Virus record (IMG/VR): IMGVR_UViG_3300020123_000589
Coordinates: 87,360 to 151,359 of that record
Length of the DNA stretch: 64,000 nt
Reading direction: 5' to 3' (one strand)
DNA from: a virus
Positions within the stretch are counted from its first letter, which is position 1, and the number at the start of each line of letters is the position of its first letter. The notes below the pieces were generated by a model, which made no database searches, was not told the DNA's origin, and worked only from the letters and a program-made list of their open reading frames with translations. The position numbers were made by a program, and so were the translations under genes. Shown in pieces: positions 63,887 to 64,000 of this stretch.

Positions 63887-64000
63887 AAAATGAGTGTGAA
63901 TGTAGGATGGTTTTTTATTGCGGCAGCAATATTTCTTTTTGGGGTTGCAGCAGGGATTTTAATACGTTCCTGCGGAACAGATGAATTTTGGAAATCCTAA

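Noticed and set aside
1-64000. Stop-codon reassignment, suggested by the release-factor-like gene and the odd tRNA
   Set aside because: Conserved genes (recA, polA, sheath, clpP) are full length in code 11, TAA/TAG/TGA all end genes at sensible points, and the GGQ protein lacks codon-recognition domains.

Overview
This is a 64 kb segment of a large, AT-rich tailed phage genome with a contractile (myovirus-type) tail, read in the standard genetic code. All well-supported genes but one are on the + strand. Bases 1-22.8 kb hold the tail module: fibres, neck and terminator, sheath, tube, frameshifting assembly chaperone, tape measure and baseplate. Bases 22.8-39.5 kb are an accessory region with an amidase, Met aminopeptidase, SprT, tRNAs, SF2 helicase, nucleotidyltransferase, secreted fibre-like proteins, ClpP and a folate/biopterin-type transporter. 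Bases 39.5-64 kb cover replication, recombination and nucleotide metabolism (DnaB, primase Zn-finger, SSB-like, RecA, AAA+ ATPase, split SbcC/SbcD, GGQ release-factor-like protein, UDG-PolA fusion, MazG, Cas4-like, PRTase), with about 7 free-standing homing-type endonucleases across the window. No integrase, CRISPR array, reverse transcriptase or intron was seen. Four unexplained signals stand out. (1) A dispersed family of about 12 proteins, mostly about 60-aa variable CxxCxH-x4-H zinc fingers, shares a C-terminal peptide DNLxx[IV]ExLAKx[RK][GK]L[VI] and almost always ends in an RTGA stop that overlaps the next start. (2) Three secreted paralogues share a short beta-strand anchor, two of them with trimer-type stalks (coiled coil, collagen). 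(3) A 38-bp conserved dyad element precedes four different homing endonucleases. (4) There is an H-type pseudoknot over the GIY-YIG ribosome-binding site, and a tRNA-like RNA with a 16-nt anticodon loop. All functional calls come from motif recognition by eye; no searches were run.
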